A stretch of DNA of 63,218 nucleotides, the filler included, from Reclinomonas americana ATCC 50394 (Eukaryota): the NCBI GenBank assembly GCA_048213135.1. It is 8 parts of 4 records of this genome, joined end to end, with 100 filler letters (N's around TTAATTAATTAA, not from the genome) between each part and the next. Parts side by side here need not be neighbours in the genome. Positions count along the whole stretch, not along the records: positions 11,687 to 25,975 come from PS015292.1; 7 more parts are not named here. The stretch is one strand, 5' to 3'. Under the pieces are notes generated by a model, which ran no database searches, was not told where the DNA came from, and was given only the letters and a program-made list of their open reading frames with translations. Each line of letters starts with the position of its first letter. Within the stretch, counting starts at the first letter, position 1. This document shows positions 11,687 to 24,800 of this stretch, one piece after another. The position numbers and the translations under genes are program-made.

Positions 11687-12320
11687 TACTTGTCAACGCT
11701 ACTCATCGACAGCAGCCTCACGTTCCCCTCGGCGTCACCCGTCGCAATGTGCCGCCCGTCGGGAGCCACAGCCAGACTCCACACGGGCGCAGTGCACTCC
11801 CGAAACTCATGCACACGCACTCCGCTCTCCAGCAACCACACACACACAGTGTTGTCTCCACTGGCGCTCACAATGTGCTCCCCGTCGGGCGTCACCGCCA
11901 CCGCATGCACCCAGTCCGCGTGTCCACGAAGACAGCGCACCTCCTCTCCCGATCTCGTCGACCACACCCGCACAGTCTCATCGACACTGCCGCTGACAAT
12001 GTGGCGTCCATCGGGCGACACTGCCACCGACAACACCGGCAACCAGTGACACTTGTGCGTCGACCACAGGTGCTGCCCGCTCGCCAAGTCCCACACATGC
12101 ACTGCAGTGTCTGTGCCGCCGCCCACCACACACACTCCGTCGGGTGTCACCGCCAGTGCGCGGATCATGCAGATGGTCTCCATCTGCTGCACCTCGCATG
12201 CCGTCCGTGCACTCCACACGCGCACAGTGCTGTCGTGACCACTGCTGACAAGATGTTCATTGTCAGGGGTGATGACCACCGACAAGACGGTGGCTTGGTG
12301 GCCACGCAGTGCGTGTGCAT
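11687..12320 (-). CDS. WD40-repeat protein fragment
   Basis: About five WD40 repeats, e.g. LRGHQATVLSVVITPDNEHLVSSGHDSTVRVW and LRGHADWVHAVAVTPDGEHIVSASGDNTVCVW. Confidence 0.88.
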
Positions 12321-12735
12321 GCTGTGTGGGAAGGGGAGAGAGGGAGAGGGAGAGTGAGGCGCAGGATGAGCGAATGCACGATGTGGTGTGTGNNNNNNNN
12401 NNNNNNNNNNNNNNNNNNNNNNNNNNNNNNNNNNNNNNNNNNNNNNNNNNNNNNNNNNNNNNNNNNNNNNNNNNNNNNNNNNNNNNNNNNNNNNNNNNNN
12501 NNNNNNNNNNNNNNNNNNNNNNNNNNNNNNNNNNNNNNNNNNNNNNNNNNNNNNNNNNNNNNNNNNNNNNNNNNNNNNNNNNNNNNNNNNNNNNNNNNNN
12601 NNNNNNNNNNNNNNNNNNNNNNNNNNNNNNNNNNNNNNNNNNNNNNNNNNNNNNNNNNNNNNNNNNNNNNNNNNNNNNNNNNNNNNNNNNNNNNNNNNNN
12701 NNNNNNNNNNNNNNNNNNNNNNNNNNNNNNNNNNN

Positions 12736-12957
12736 TTTCGGCGTGCAACTCACCAGCATTTTGAAGAGGGAGTGAAATTTGAACGTTGGGAAATCATGGA
12801 CGAGGAGAGAAGACAACGGCGAATGCGACTTGCTCAGTTCCGTCTCCCTTTCTCCCTCTCTTCCCCTCTCTCTCATGCTGATGAGTTCCCTCACACAGAA
12901 CACACCTGGCGGTGAACGAGATTCACATGGAGCTCTTGCGAGAACAAAAGGTACCAT

Positions 12958-12989
<32 letters not shown>

Positions 12990-13738
12990 CATCCTCTCTC
13001 ACACTCTGCTCACACTCGCTCACAGGAGGGCCTGCTCGTTCTCCAACACCTGACACTCTCGCCTTCGAGTCCAGCACCATCGTCAGTGTCGCCCTCCTCA
13101 GCACCGCAATATCGACCACATCAGCAGAGTGTGTCACCTGCAGCCGCATTCACCACTGCCGCAGCACGGCAGTCACCGTTTGTTGGTTTGTGTATGCTGT
13201 GTGTGTCGTTTACGGGCGCACACTCATGTCGCTGAAAATCGCGACAGAATCATCATCAGCGACAACGACAGCAACAACAACAACACCAACAGCAACAGGA
13301 GATCGACCGTGGCATCGACTGCACATTGTTCCACCAGCCTACGCCTCGCCACCACAACCTCCCGTGCTATCGCCACTGCTCCTGGCCTCACTATCACCGC
13401 CACCGCCACTGCCACCACCGCCGCCACCACCGCCACCAGCAGCACAGCCGCTCATGTCGTCGGCGTTTCGTGTGGTGCGACCAGTGGGACTTGCGCCTGC
13501 ACCGGCGCTCGGTGGTGTGGCGTTCTCCGACCCACATCCAGTCACGCGACCTCCATCCACCACGTCGTGGCTCTCGTCGACATCGTCTTCGGGGTATGCA
13601 TCGTCGGCGTCGTCAATGCTCGGTTCGTTGTCGTCGTCGGTGGCGACGCCAGTGGCGTACTCAACTGGCCCGCGCTCCGTGCCGTCCAACCTCACTCCCA
13701 CAAGTCGATTCCTGTCCGCGGCCACCACGCCACCGTGA
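12736..13738 (+). CDS. Partial low-complexity Ser/Pro-rich hypothetical protein
   Basis: Exons FERWEIMDEERRQRRMRLAQ/THLAVNEIHMELLREQK/EGLL.. joined by GTTCCGT and GTACCA introns. Frame of the last exon is uncertain. Confidence 0.35.
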
Positions 13739-13809
13739 CACGTATGTCTTTGAATGCGGAACTAGCGTTTCGCTCTGTTGTAGTTCTCTGATTTATAAAT
13801 AAGGAGTTA

Positions 13810-16342
13810 TTATCGGTGTTGTTCCTGCTGTTTGTGACCCACGATGTCGACTGACGCCGGCAACGGTAATGACGACGATGGTTTGAGAGGTTCCGCTGCG
13901 AGATCCTTGTCGGCAGGCGTCGAGGCGCCCGCAGCCGCCAGACGCCGTAATATGATCAGCAGATAGACCAGGAACGGGAAGGCGAAGAGCATAAAGATGG
14001 GGCACAGCAGCAGCAGACTGCAGTGAGAGTGACAATTGATGAGAAGTGAGGGCAATGAGGCTCATTGTCGCCGACGTGCAACGTACCATGTGGAGCTCAC
14101 TCCCTGCGCGACGCACACATAACACAACAAATTGGTGTGCGGAGCGACGAGGAAACGGCGAAAAGGAGAGCACCCGATTCGTTACCTTGCCTGTCATGGT
14201 GGAATAGGCGAACGACACGGCCGAGATGCCGAGGTAGGTGACCATGGAGTAGAAACCCATCTGTGTGTGTTCGTTTGTGAGCGACAGCGGTGGCGTCGTC
14301 GCATGTGCACATGCAAGCACACGCACCAGCTCGCCCTTCTTGCCTACTGGCGCCAGCTTGCTCATCAGCCCGCGAGACACGCTGGCGTTCCACGAGTACA
14401 AGAAACCGCAGAAGAGCGCGCACGACAGGACGAGTGGGTACGGCCAGTGTTCGCGCATGCCAATGTACATCAGCACAAAGGTGAGGACAAAGAGCACGTT
14501 CTGCAGCAGCAGGATGATGACTTCGTTGGCCTGCGGAGGATGCCTTGGTGAGTGAGGCAACAACGAAGAAATTACGAGTAGAGCACATTACCTTTTTGAA
14601 GAACTGCTCAAAAATGATGCCGACAAAGACGCCAGTGACTGCACGCGTACATGTTAGTTCCTCACGTGTCGATTGTAGGAACCAAAAAACACCTGCTCGC
14701 TCACCCATGGCAATCTTGTAATACAGATTGAGGCGTACTTCGTCTTGCAGGCTCATCTGCATTGCAGGCGGTGGTGAATTCATCTGCAGATAAAGTGCAC
14801 ACAAAACATGGCATCGACTCACCATGTACACCTCGATGAACAGCGGCGTGATGTAGATGGTGAAGACGGTGCCGCCAGAGGCGTAGAACAAGTACGACAC
14901 CAGGAACACCATGGTTTCCATGTATCTGTGTGAGAGCGCGCATCGAAAGTGAGACTGGCTGCTTCATCAAGCAGGCAAAGGACATACGCACCCAGGAACT
15001 CTCTTGAACATGCTCTGCACACAATGTAAGCACCCAAGGCCGGCCGAGAAGGCATGCACGCATGTCGACGTACCTTGAGGGTGTCCCACAGCGACAGAAA
15101 CGTGACCACAGCAGCGCGTCGAAGCGAGTAGACTCGCTGGAAGGCGACAAATCCACCCTGCAAAGTGGACGTCAGAAGTGAGATAAGAAGCGCATCTACA
15201 AGCCAGCAGCGAGCCTCCTCGCACCCGTGGTCGCGACGTGCTGTCGCGCGGACTCAGGAAAGTCATGCCCGTGGCCAGCAGAGCAAAGGAGGAGAAGATG
15301 AACAACCTGCAAACACCCATGCAAACAGGAATGAGAGAGCACATTCTCGAGAATCCATCACATGAGAAAACGCACCACCAGTACTCGCGCGAGATGCCGG
15401 CCGACGGCGAAGGGATAATGTCGGCGCCAAGATCGAGCAACAGCAGGAAGCCCATGTTCAGCACAAAGCCAGTGAAGTTGCCGAGCAGTGAAATGGCCGT
15501 TCGACGACTGTGCACACGAGATCAGTTCAGGTGACCAGCGCACTTGCGCAGACGGAGGCACGCAACTGCGTCTCGAAGAAGGCGATTTGTGCGTTGTTGA
15601 GCATCACTGCCCACCTCTGTGGATTCGACACGAGTGGAGGGTGGGGTGAGTCAATCGGGAAGGAAGGAGTGAAAGAGCGGGGTATCATTCAGGCGGCGCA
15701 CCAGGAAAAACATGGCCATGATATACAGCGCCTCGTCGACATGCAACTGCGTGTGCACATCGTGCGCAGTGGCAGCGGCCATGAACGAAAAGGTGACGCC
15801 GACACCGGTGAATGCGGTGATCATCTGCAACGGCACGAAACACATGATGGTGTGAACCACACAGCAGCTGTCTGTCATTCCCTGCCCAGCCAACTCACCA
15901 GCGTCACATAGATTGTCTGCGACAGATCCGCCACACCACCCAAGTACGGCAGCAGAATGGCGGAGATGAGCGTCGTAATGGTGTTCATGCGACTGAAGGA
16001 GGCCGAGTACTGCTCCTTGGGCACGAGACTCTCCAAAATCTGAATGATCACACGCATGCACAACAAACAATCAATGACCGTGGTGCATTCTCGTGCGCTG
16101 GCATTCTTCTTCACCTTTGGAAAGAGCGCGCTAAAGACCACCGTATTGAGCACGTTGAAGCACACATTGAAGGAGACCCAGCCAATCACTGAGCGATCAC
16201 ACGCCCAACATCTCCGACTGCGACGCTGCTGCACGCTTGGTGTCTCACCCTCTGTCGACGATGCAGGCAACAGTGGCTGCTGTTCGCCAACAGGGACCAC
16301 GGTGGAGGCCTCGTCGGCAGTGTTGATTGCGGCCTTGTGCAT
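13810..16342 (-). CDS. MFS transporter, Atg22/UMF1-like (vacuolar/lysosomal)
   Basis: Many TM segments. Motifs PYLGGVAD and SRGLMSKLAPVGKKGELMGFYS. N-terminal EQQPLL dileucine sorting motif. Multiple GT-AG introns. Confidence 0.75.
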
Positions 16343-16662
16343 CGGATTGTGAGGAACGCGAAGGAGCAGGACCGATGAATGAACGGCGGTGTTTTGTTGC
16401 AACAACAGCAGCAACAGCAACTATGATTGCTTGTAGCACACAAGCGTGTAATGTCTTGGCGATCATGAAGCACTGCAGAGCATTGCGAGCTGCGACGTTT
16501 CGACGTCGACGTCGAGATCGGAGAAGCGCACCTCCTTGTTGTCATCTTTTGTTTCCCACGCCATGGCGTGCGTTACAGCCACCTTCTGTAGACCCTACAA
16601 GTGGAAAACAAGCAACAGCTGGCGTGTTGGCGTCGTTCATTCATGTCCTGCAAACTTCCAAT

Positions 16663-19600
16663 ATGGCGTCGGAGCAAGGAGGGTGTGGCGCCTCTTGCAA
16701 GTCTGGCATCGCTGGTCTCATCGTCCGCCTCGTCTCCTGTTGCTGCTGTCGCCAACCTGTCGCTGTTGCGTCGCAATCTCTGCTGTCGTAGTGCGCGACT
16801 CTCACTCACTCACTCACTCGTGGTCAAGTGCAGGATGGCGATTTCGTGGTCGATGGCCTCCGCAACGACGATGTGACGATCCTGTACGACGAGTGGGGCG
16901 TGCCGCACATTCGCGCTGCAAGTGTGCACGATGCAATTTTTGCGCAGGTGTGTCTCCGTGCATGCATCCCTCTCTCGCTCTGCCTCTCTTTGTTCACACA
17001 TCGTGAGCAGGGATGGTGTGTGGCGCGCGATCGCCAGTGGCAGTTGATGCTGCTGCGTGCGGTTGCTCGAGGTGTGCTTGGCTTGGTGTAAATCGCGGAG
17101 CATGCATCTCTTTGGTCTCATGCATTGCAGGTCGTGTATGCGAGATTGCTGGTCCGAAAGCGCTTACGGCCGACAAGATCGCGCGCACCGTCGGCTTTGT
17201 GCGACTCGGGCAGTCGGATGTGGCGCACTGGAGCGCGGATTCGCTCGAGTACAGCACCGCGTACGTGGCGGGTGTGAATGCGTATGCCACGTCGGCGGCG
17301 TACAAGCGGCCGGTGGAGAGCACGCTGGCGCACATGGGCGACATGCGTGACGACTTGTACACGGTCGAGGATCTGGCGGCCCTCTCGCGGCTCTTCACGT
17401 TCCAGATGAATACTGGCTGGTACGAGCCCATTCTGCGATCGCTGATCGCGCAGCATGCGCCGAATGCATACATTCGGGACGAGGTCTCGGATATTCGGCG
17501 TCCAGATGGTGCCCGCATTCCGTACTCGTGTCCACCAGGTACAGTCGCACACCCAAGAGAGACATGCTTCCTTTCTGTACATTTCTTTGTGGATGACCAT
17601 CCGCTGCGTTGTTTCCATGATGGCAGACTTCGACATGAAGACTGTGGACCCTGACGACATTATGTGCATGATCAATGGACCCTTTATGGCGAGTGGCCAG
17701 GGCTCCAACTGGTGCGTTTTTTTGGCCTCCCATTTCTCGCTTGCCGTGTGTGTCATATATGGACTGACTCGCCACACTCGTCCAGGTGGGTGGTGCACGG
17801 CAGCCTCACAAGTACGGGTGCGCCGTTGCTGGCTGGTGACCCGCACCTGGCCATCATGCTGCCGGGAATTTGGTACGAGTGCCACTTGCAGGCGGCTGAA
17901 CCGCCGCTGAATGTCGCCGGTGTCAGCTTCCCCGGCACCGCCGGCATTGTGATTGGACACAATGAGAACTGCGCGTGGTCCATCACGCTGGCCTACCTCG
18001 ACTGTGCCGATGTGGTGCGGTACGATATCAGCACCGACGAGGGACGGAGCGCGGCCAATGTCCAGGAGTGGGACGAGGAGATTGTAGTCAAGGGCGCTCC
18101 GAATGTGGTGCACGTTGCGTCCGCCACTCACATTCCGCGCCGACGTTGCTCCGCCCGAGACGAAAATTTCTCATGTGAGCGCGCACAGAAAGTACGCCGC
18201 ACTCACGACGGCCCTGTCCTTGGCGACTTGTTTCTGCCGGAGAAGAAGGAGAACGAGCTGCTGGCGTTCCGTTCTCCCATGTTCTTCACTGTGGAAGAAT
18301 GTTGCGTGACCGCGTGTGATGCTTTACTTCCTCCACTTTTTGAATAACGTGAGCCCTCTTTTCCCTCTGGTGGCATGCAGTGCGAAACCTACCGTATGCC
18401 ACCGACGTGCCGCATGTCGATCACCGCGATGGTGCGACGGTGTTGAAAGTGGCCTCCGCCGACGAGGTGGCGATCACGGAGCCGAACTTGATTATGAACC
18501 TGAATTTCGCCAAGAACCTGGCGGAAGTCTACCGTGCGCTCCGCAGTGTGCCGGTGCCCATCAACCTCAATTTCGGCTGCATCGACCGTACGAGTATCGG
18601 CTACTTTGTGGTCGGCTGTGTACCCATTCGTTGCGGTCCGTTTGCCGACATTCTGGACGGCACTCGAGCGGACAGTCGGTGGAAAGGATTCATCCCGGTG
18701 GCAGAGATGCCGTACGCGATCAACCCAGCATGGTGTGGCGCAACACGACGACTCGTCTTCCCATCGCGATGATCTCTCATTCGTCGCTCACGTACACACA
18801 CGCACAGCGGCTATTTGATCTCTGCAAACCACAAGATCGTGTCCCACGACACCTACGCATACGCCCCTGATCTGGGCAACGTCTTCCTGAATGGCCGTTG
18901 CGTGTCCAGAGTTTCTTGCGACAGGCTGTTAACACTATGCTAATATCGCTCGGCAACAGACCGCGCCAAGCGCATCCAGCAGCTATTGTGCGAGCTGACT
19001 CACGACGGTCGCAAAATTACTCCGGGGGACATGCAGGCCATGCAGAGCGATGTCAAGGTGTTGTCTTTGTGTGCATCGCCGTTTCTTGAAGGCGTTCAAC
19101 TCACGGCGGTGCTTTTGGTAGACCACGGCTGGTGCGCTGCTGCAAGACGCCATTGCGCCGCTGCGACAAGATATGGAAAGCGGCGACCTCAGTGCACTGG
19201 CACGTGACGCCCTCGCCCGCTTCCTTGCCTGGGATCACGTGCTCGATACCGAGTCGATCGGTGGCTGCATTTATGAGGTGTTCCGCGCTCGACTTGTGCG
19301 CAACCTCCTCGAGTCGGTGTTGACGGAGCACATTGCGGATCGCATGCTCGGCGATCCTGTGGTGCCGAAGTTCAAGCCAGCATGTTGCGTCACTTTCATC
19401 GATTCACGCACTGCATTTTCCTCATGGCGAAATACAAACAAAACACAGCCGGCTTCAACTCAAACGAGATCCACTTGCTGCTGGAACTGATTCGCGACGA
19501 GTCGCAGGTGGTACAGACCGCCGGCGGATTGCACCACGTACTCTGCAAGAGCATGGAGGACTCGGTGGAGTATCTGCGCCGTCGTCTCGGTCCAAACATC

Positions 19601-20255
19601 AACAAGTGGAAGTGGGGCGCGGTGCATCAGCTGACGTACTCGCACGGCATGGGCGACGTTGTGCGCACCTTTAACCGCGGACCATATCCAGTTGGCGGAG
19701 TTGCGTTTTTTCCCGGGCCTCTTCTCCCCCAGGCAGGGCGCTTCCTAAACAGCTGGCGGTGTGCGGCGGCAGGATGGCGATACTATCAACATGACCTTCA
19801 TGTGTGCCCATCACGACTTTGCCGCTGGCATGTTTGCACCTTCGTACCGCATCGTTGTCGACATTAGCCATGCAACTGCACAGTCAGTGCTTCCCGCCGG
19901 GCAGGTGTGTCTCGCCACTGCAGTCTTGTTGTCTGCCTGTGTCTGTGCTCTGACTTGTCGTCATTCTGCGACAGTCTGGAGCGCGTGGAACCACGGTTAG
20001 TCAACCGGCGTCTGCCTCTCTGTTTTCATGCTTGCTAATATTATCTCGTGTGTGCTTGTGTGTCTCGCGCAGCACTACGATGATCAAAGTTACACGATGC
20101 AACTGCCCAGGCGCGCATCGCCCACTCACCTATTCTTGTTTGCAGTTCCGCTGTATCTTCGCGGAGACCTTCGCTCGGGACCACTTCGCAGCGGTGCTGA
20201 ACTGGCCACCACCACTCAGCACACCATGCGACTCCTCCACAGCGATCACAAATGA
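16663..20255 (+). CDS. Penicillin acylase / acyl-homoserine-lactone acylase family Ntn-hydrolase (peptidase S45)
   Basis: ILYDEWGVPHIRA, AQGWCVARDRQWQ, beta-chain start GSNWWVVHG (Ser nucleophile at 17704-17706), LLAGDPHL, LPGIWYE, ISANHK, WKWGAVH, GGDGDTIN, PSYRIVVD, GQSG..HYDDQ. About 15 GT-AG introns. Confidence 0.92.
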
Positions 20256-20439
20256 GAGGATTGTTTGTTGCTGCTGTACTGATGAAGTGTTCAAGTCTTG
20301 TTGCACGCACTCCGTTCCGTCGCTCTCAACCTGCGGCTGCTACCATCAGGTCCGAGTTCTCCACGATGGAGACATCGCCGACAGCGCCATTGTTGGCATG
20401 CAGACAGCTATCCACCAGGGTCTGTCTTCAACCCCACTG

Positions 20440-21734
20440 TCACCGGTGCTGGCCGTCGCGTGCATGCACGTGCGTGTGGCGCAGAAACTCGAGATACTCA
20501 AACACTTCAGCGGCATTGCGCGTACCCACTCGCTGTGCGAGCGCCTCGAGATCAATCGGCTGCTCTCGGCGACTGTCGCTTCCGCGTCGTTGAGCACAAA
20601 ACACCATCATGAGCCGCTGATGCTCGTCGGCAGTCCACGGACGATCCGGTGGCGGCACCTGCAGGAACCACCACCACCACACTGTGTAAAACATAGAGAA
20701 TAGCCCATTCTCTCACGCACACAGCGATGCACGCAACCGCCGACTGCATGTGCGCCTGCAGTTGTCTGCCAGTCTGCTCCACTTTCTGCAGGCCAAAGAG
20801 AGGTCACGCACAGGCGACAGAGAGTTAGTGAATGCAGCTCTCCTCCGCACCTGCATGTCGACGCCCAGCACCACAGGTGCATCACGCTGCGAGTCGGCCA
20901 CCGCCACCAGCGGCAACAATCCGTCTTGGATCACTTGATGATAGCTGTTCATACATGCATGTTCATCAGCAGTGCTCTACGACACACACACACACACACA
21001 GCAAGTGGCCGCACCGAAACGCCTCTGCCAGGTGGCCGCGCTGCAGCAGCGCCGCGAATGCATTCAACAACAAGTCGTTCTCCGCGAGGATCTGTGCTGG
21101 TGTGTGAGAGGTCGCATTCACAAACAGCGGCTTGTGTGCGTGCACACGCAGCACTGTCAATGTCGCGCGGATCCTCTACGAACGGAGCAGCAGCTGAAGC
21201 AGACGACGACGAAGCAGAAGGGGGGTCCTTTCTTGGCTCACTCATGCAACACTGAGAAGAAGGTGTCCTTTGCCGTCCGTGCGTCTTTACTTACGTGTGA
21301 TGATGATGGATGTGGTGGTGGTGCTGGTGGCATGGTAACCTCGGGCGCACGCGCATCGGATCCTCCTCTTCTCCGTCACCGGCACAGCCACACCCACTGC
21401 CTGTCGCAGTGACTTGTGGTGGCGCCTCGAGCACTCGAGCGAATGCACGCCACACGCACTCTTGCATGGCGTCCACGTGTGCGGCAGCGTGCTCCGGAGG
21501 CGCCTTGCCCCACAGCTTGCTCTCCACCAACCGTCGCTTCTTCTTGCTGAGAGTGAGTGTGGTGCCCGACGACTGCTGACAGCTGCGCACAAACAGCTGC
21601 GCCTGGGCCTCGCTCGCCACTCCCGGCACCTCCAGGGCCACGATCGACGCACAGGCCACCTCAAACATGTCGTCGGGAGGAAAGCAGCACGGACAGCCGG
21701 CCGGATGTGGCTCGTCGCGCTCGCTGCTCAACAT
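20440..21734 (-). CDS. SSXT (SS18/GIF N-terminal) domain protein with a C-terminal Myb/SANT-like domain
   Basis: Spliced QILAENDLLLNAFAALLQRGHLAEAFRYHQVIQDGLLPLVAVADSQ resembles SSXT. The last exon RPWTADEHQRLM..LEALAQRVGTRNAAEVFEYLEFL is SANT-like. N-terminal splicing is not fully resolved. Confidence 0.55.
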
Positions 21735-21810
21735 TACGGAGGATTGATTTGCAGCAGGACACACCAACCTCGCTCCGTGACCTTCGTTGTCATCAACAGT
21801 ACATCATTTT

Positions 21811-24800
21811 TTACGAGTGCGGTGGTGGGGGTGATGCGGCAACTTGCGATGGCAATTGCGCCGCCCCTGTGTGTGTCGGTGGTTGTCGATAGTGTACAAA
21901 ACTGGAGGAAGCCGACGCCGGAAGTGATGTGCGTCCAAACGATGCCGCACCGGATCCGCCAGGCACTGGCGACTGACGCGAGGCGGCAGCCAGATCCGCC
22001 GTGGACGATTCGTACAAGCCAACGGCGACGCCGTTGCGAATGCGACCAGTGAGCAAGAAGCCCTTGACGGTACCGGTGCTGCTGCTCTTCGCCTCCACTG
22101 TTCGCTCGTCAAAGGCGTACTTGGAGTGCACGAGATCGTACGTCGCCTGGCTCACTTGTATCTGCATCGGTTCTCCGCCAGACTCCATGTACGACGCCAT
22201 GTTGACCGTGTCTGAGGGGAGGGGAGAGGGCGCCTCAGTTCTGCGTGCACATCTGACGAAGATGACAGAAATCTCCGCATACCTCCCCACATATCCCACT
22301 GGAATCGCTTTCGTCCAATGACACCGGCCGTCACCGGACCGGTATGGATACCCACTCGGATCTGCACGTGTGACCACACCACATTCCAGTCAGCACGCGA
22401 TGCAGACAACGCCTGCTGTAATGCAGCTGACGCACCGACAAGAAATTCTCGTATGCAATGGTAATGTAGCCGAGAGCGGCCTCGATGAGATCGACGGCAG
22501 CATGCGCCGCTCCCACCGAGTCCAACGCCTGGAGTCCGCAACATGCCATGTACGAGTCACCGATGGTTTTCACCTTGGTGACGTTGTACTGGCCCGAAAT
22601 CTCGTCAAACATCGAGAACAACGTGTCCAGCATCTCCACCAGCTCAATCGACGAAATCGTGGACGACAGCTCCGTGAAACCTGCAGTTGCACCGAGTTGA
22701 GTCGGTCGCACTACTCATACATGAACTCTTCAGGATCATTGCTCTCACCGACAATGTCCAAGAACAACACCGAGGCAAACTCGTGGATCTCGGCCAGAGG
22801 TCGATCATTGCTGTGCACTTGCAACTGTGCGGCCACATGACTTGGCAGAATGTTCAGCAACAGCTCGTGCGACTTGTGCTTCTCCTCCTCCAGTTGCTTC
22901 TCCCGCTGCAGCTCTTTAGTGCGATCTCGGAAGAAGCACGTGAACACTGGAACTTGGCCGATGTAACCGAAGTGGAATGACACCTGAGAAAGAGAGTAGC
23001 GTTGGCGAGACTGAGAGATTTGGCCAATGCAACAACGCAAGAAATAGAACAACTCACCCACGCCAGAAACGTGGAGTATTTGCTTGCTTGCACTTGGGTG
23101 TCGCCATCATCGTTCCATATCTCGCGGTCACCCATCACGTCACGGTCACTGTCAGCAGCACCGTTGTCACTGTCCACCAGTGAGCGGAACGTGTCCCATC
23201 GGACGCATGTCATCTGCGCGTGAAACGCTCGGCAGGTCAGTAGACTTGGTCGAGCCCGACCTCGCCCACGAAAATACAAGAACGCAACTTGTCGCTCAAA
23301 TGCACGCGACCGCCGACGACTCTTCAGAAACTCTTGCACCTCCAAGCGTATTTCGTTGAGACTGCGCTCGTCAAACACTTGCTTCATCTGTTGGAGATGT
23401 GGAGGAGTCATGAGCAAAGTACGCGCACACGCTGTCAGCGAGGCCACGCACCCCGTCTCCCAACAGTCGTGCGGCGGGCAGACCAATCATGGTCTCTGCA
23501 GACTTGTTCAGCTGCCGCACGCAGCCGTGCTGATCAAACTCCATGAAGCCATCCGCGGCGGTACTGAGCACTGTCAGCATTTTCTGCTGCTTCTCAGTGA
23601 CCTTTCTGTCGAGTTCCTTGCGGAAAGCGCGAGAGTCGTCGGCCAGGAACGCATGTATCTCGGGCACTGAGTCTATCACCGGCAGCGGAAGCTCCAGCAA
23701 CATGTGTGACACACGATGCACCTACGCAGGCACGTCAGTGTCAGAAACTGTGCGGGTAGCGGCAGTCGACGCACCTCTTCGCACAGCTCGGAGATAATAT
23801 GTCGCCACAAGAACCAGTAGAGCGCGGGCAGCAAGCAGATGGAGATCACGAGGTGTACGATGCTGGCCGTGACAAACCAGAATGTTGCCGGCACATACAT
23901 CTGTCGACGCGAAGGGCGCGGCGGTGAGAAGACTTGACAAGCGGTGAGAGACTACTTGATGGAGCATCTCACACCTTGACGTACACGGTGTAAGCCTTGT
24001 TGTATATGGCCAGAAAAATTTGCAGCACGCCAACTGCGCGCACGAGTCAGTCGAAGCACTTCCCCACCACCACTTTAGCCATGCACAACGTACCCAGGCC
24101 CTGCCACTCGGGAAGTAAAGACAGCTTTTTGCCTCGCAGAGGGTTCTGCGCATTGAGAGTTGCTGCAAGTGACAGTGCAACACGCATTGTGGTGTCGAGA
24201 TTGTTGGGCACGGTGCACGGCGACAAGGACGGATCCCAGCAGTCGCCGACGAGGATCTTGCATGCACCCAGTTGATGAGCATTACGATGCGACAACAGAA
24301 GGAGGAGGATACCACATGCAGCGCAACATTGTCCAAGTCGGCGCTTCGACGGAGAAGCCCAGTGCCACCACTCCGATACAAGTAGATGTTCCAAAAGTTG
24401 CGAACTGTTTCGATTGCTCTGACACTTGTTGCACTGCATCGGAATTAGTTTCGAAGTGCAGCTGTGAAAGAACCACGGCGACGCAACGTGGCATCGGCTG
24501 CAGGGACCCGTTCGTTGAAGGCCTGTTGGACGAACGAATCTACCAAATCCGACATCGCCACACCGAGTGCCTGCACATGAAAGTCGTTGCGTCAAAAACA
24601 ATTACCAATCCACAAACGAAACTGCCAGAGACAGACAGTCAGACTGACCGTCAAGTTCAGCGCGTCATCCGATAGAACGTCTTCCAGTTTCGTGTACGTC
24701 ACCGCAATAATAACCCAGCACGCAAGGCAAATAGCCACAAACGTCACAGTGATGAGCAGCGCTCGAATCAGCTTTCTGCGAATGCTGCTACTTCGGTCAC

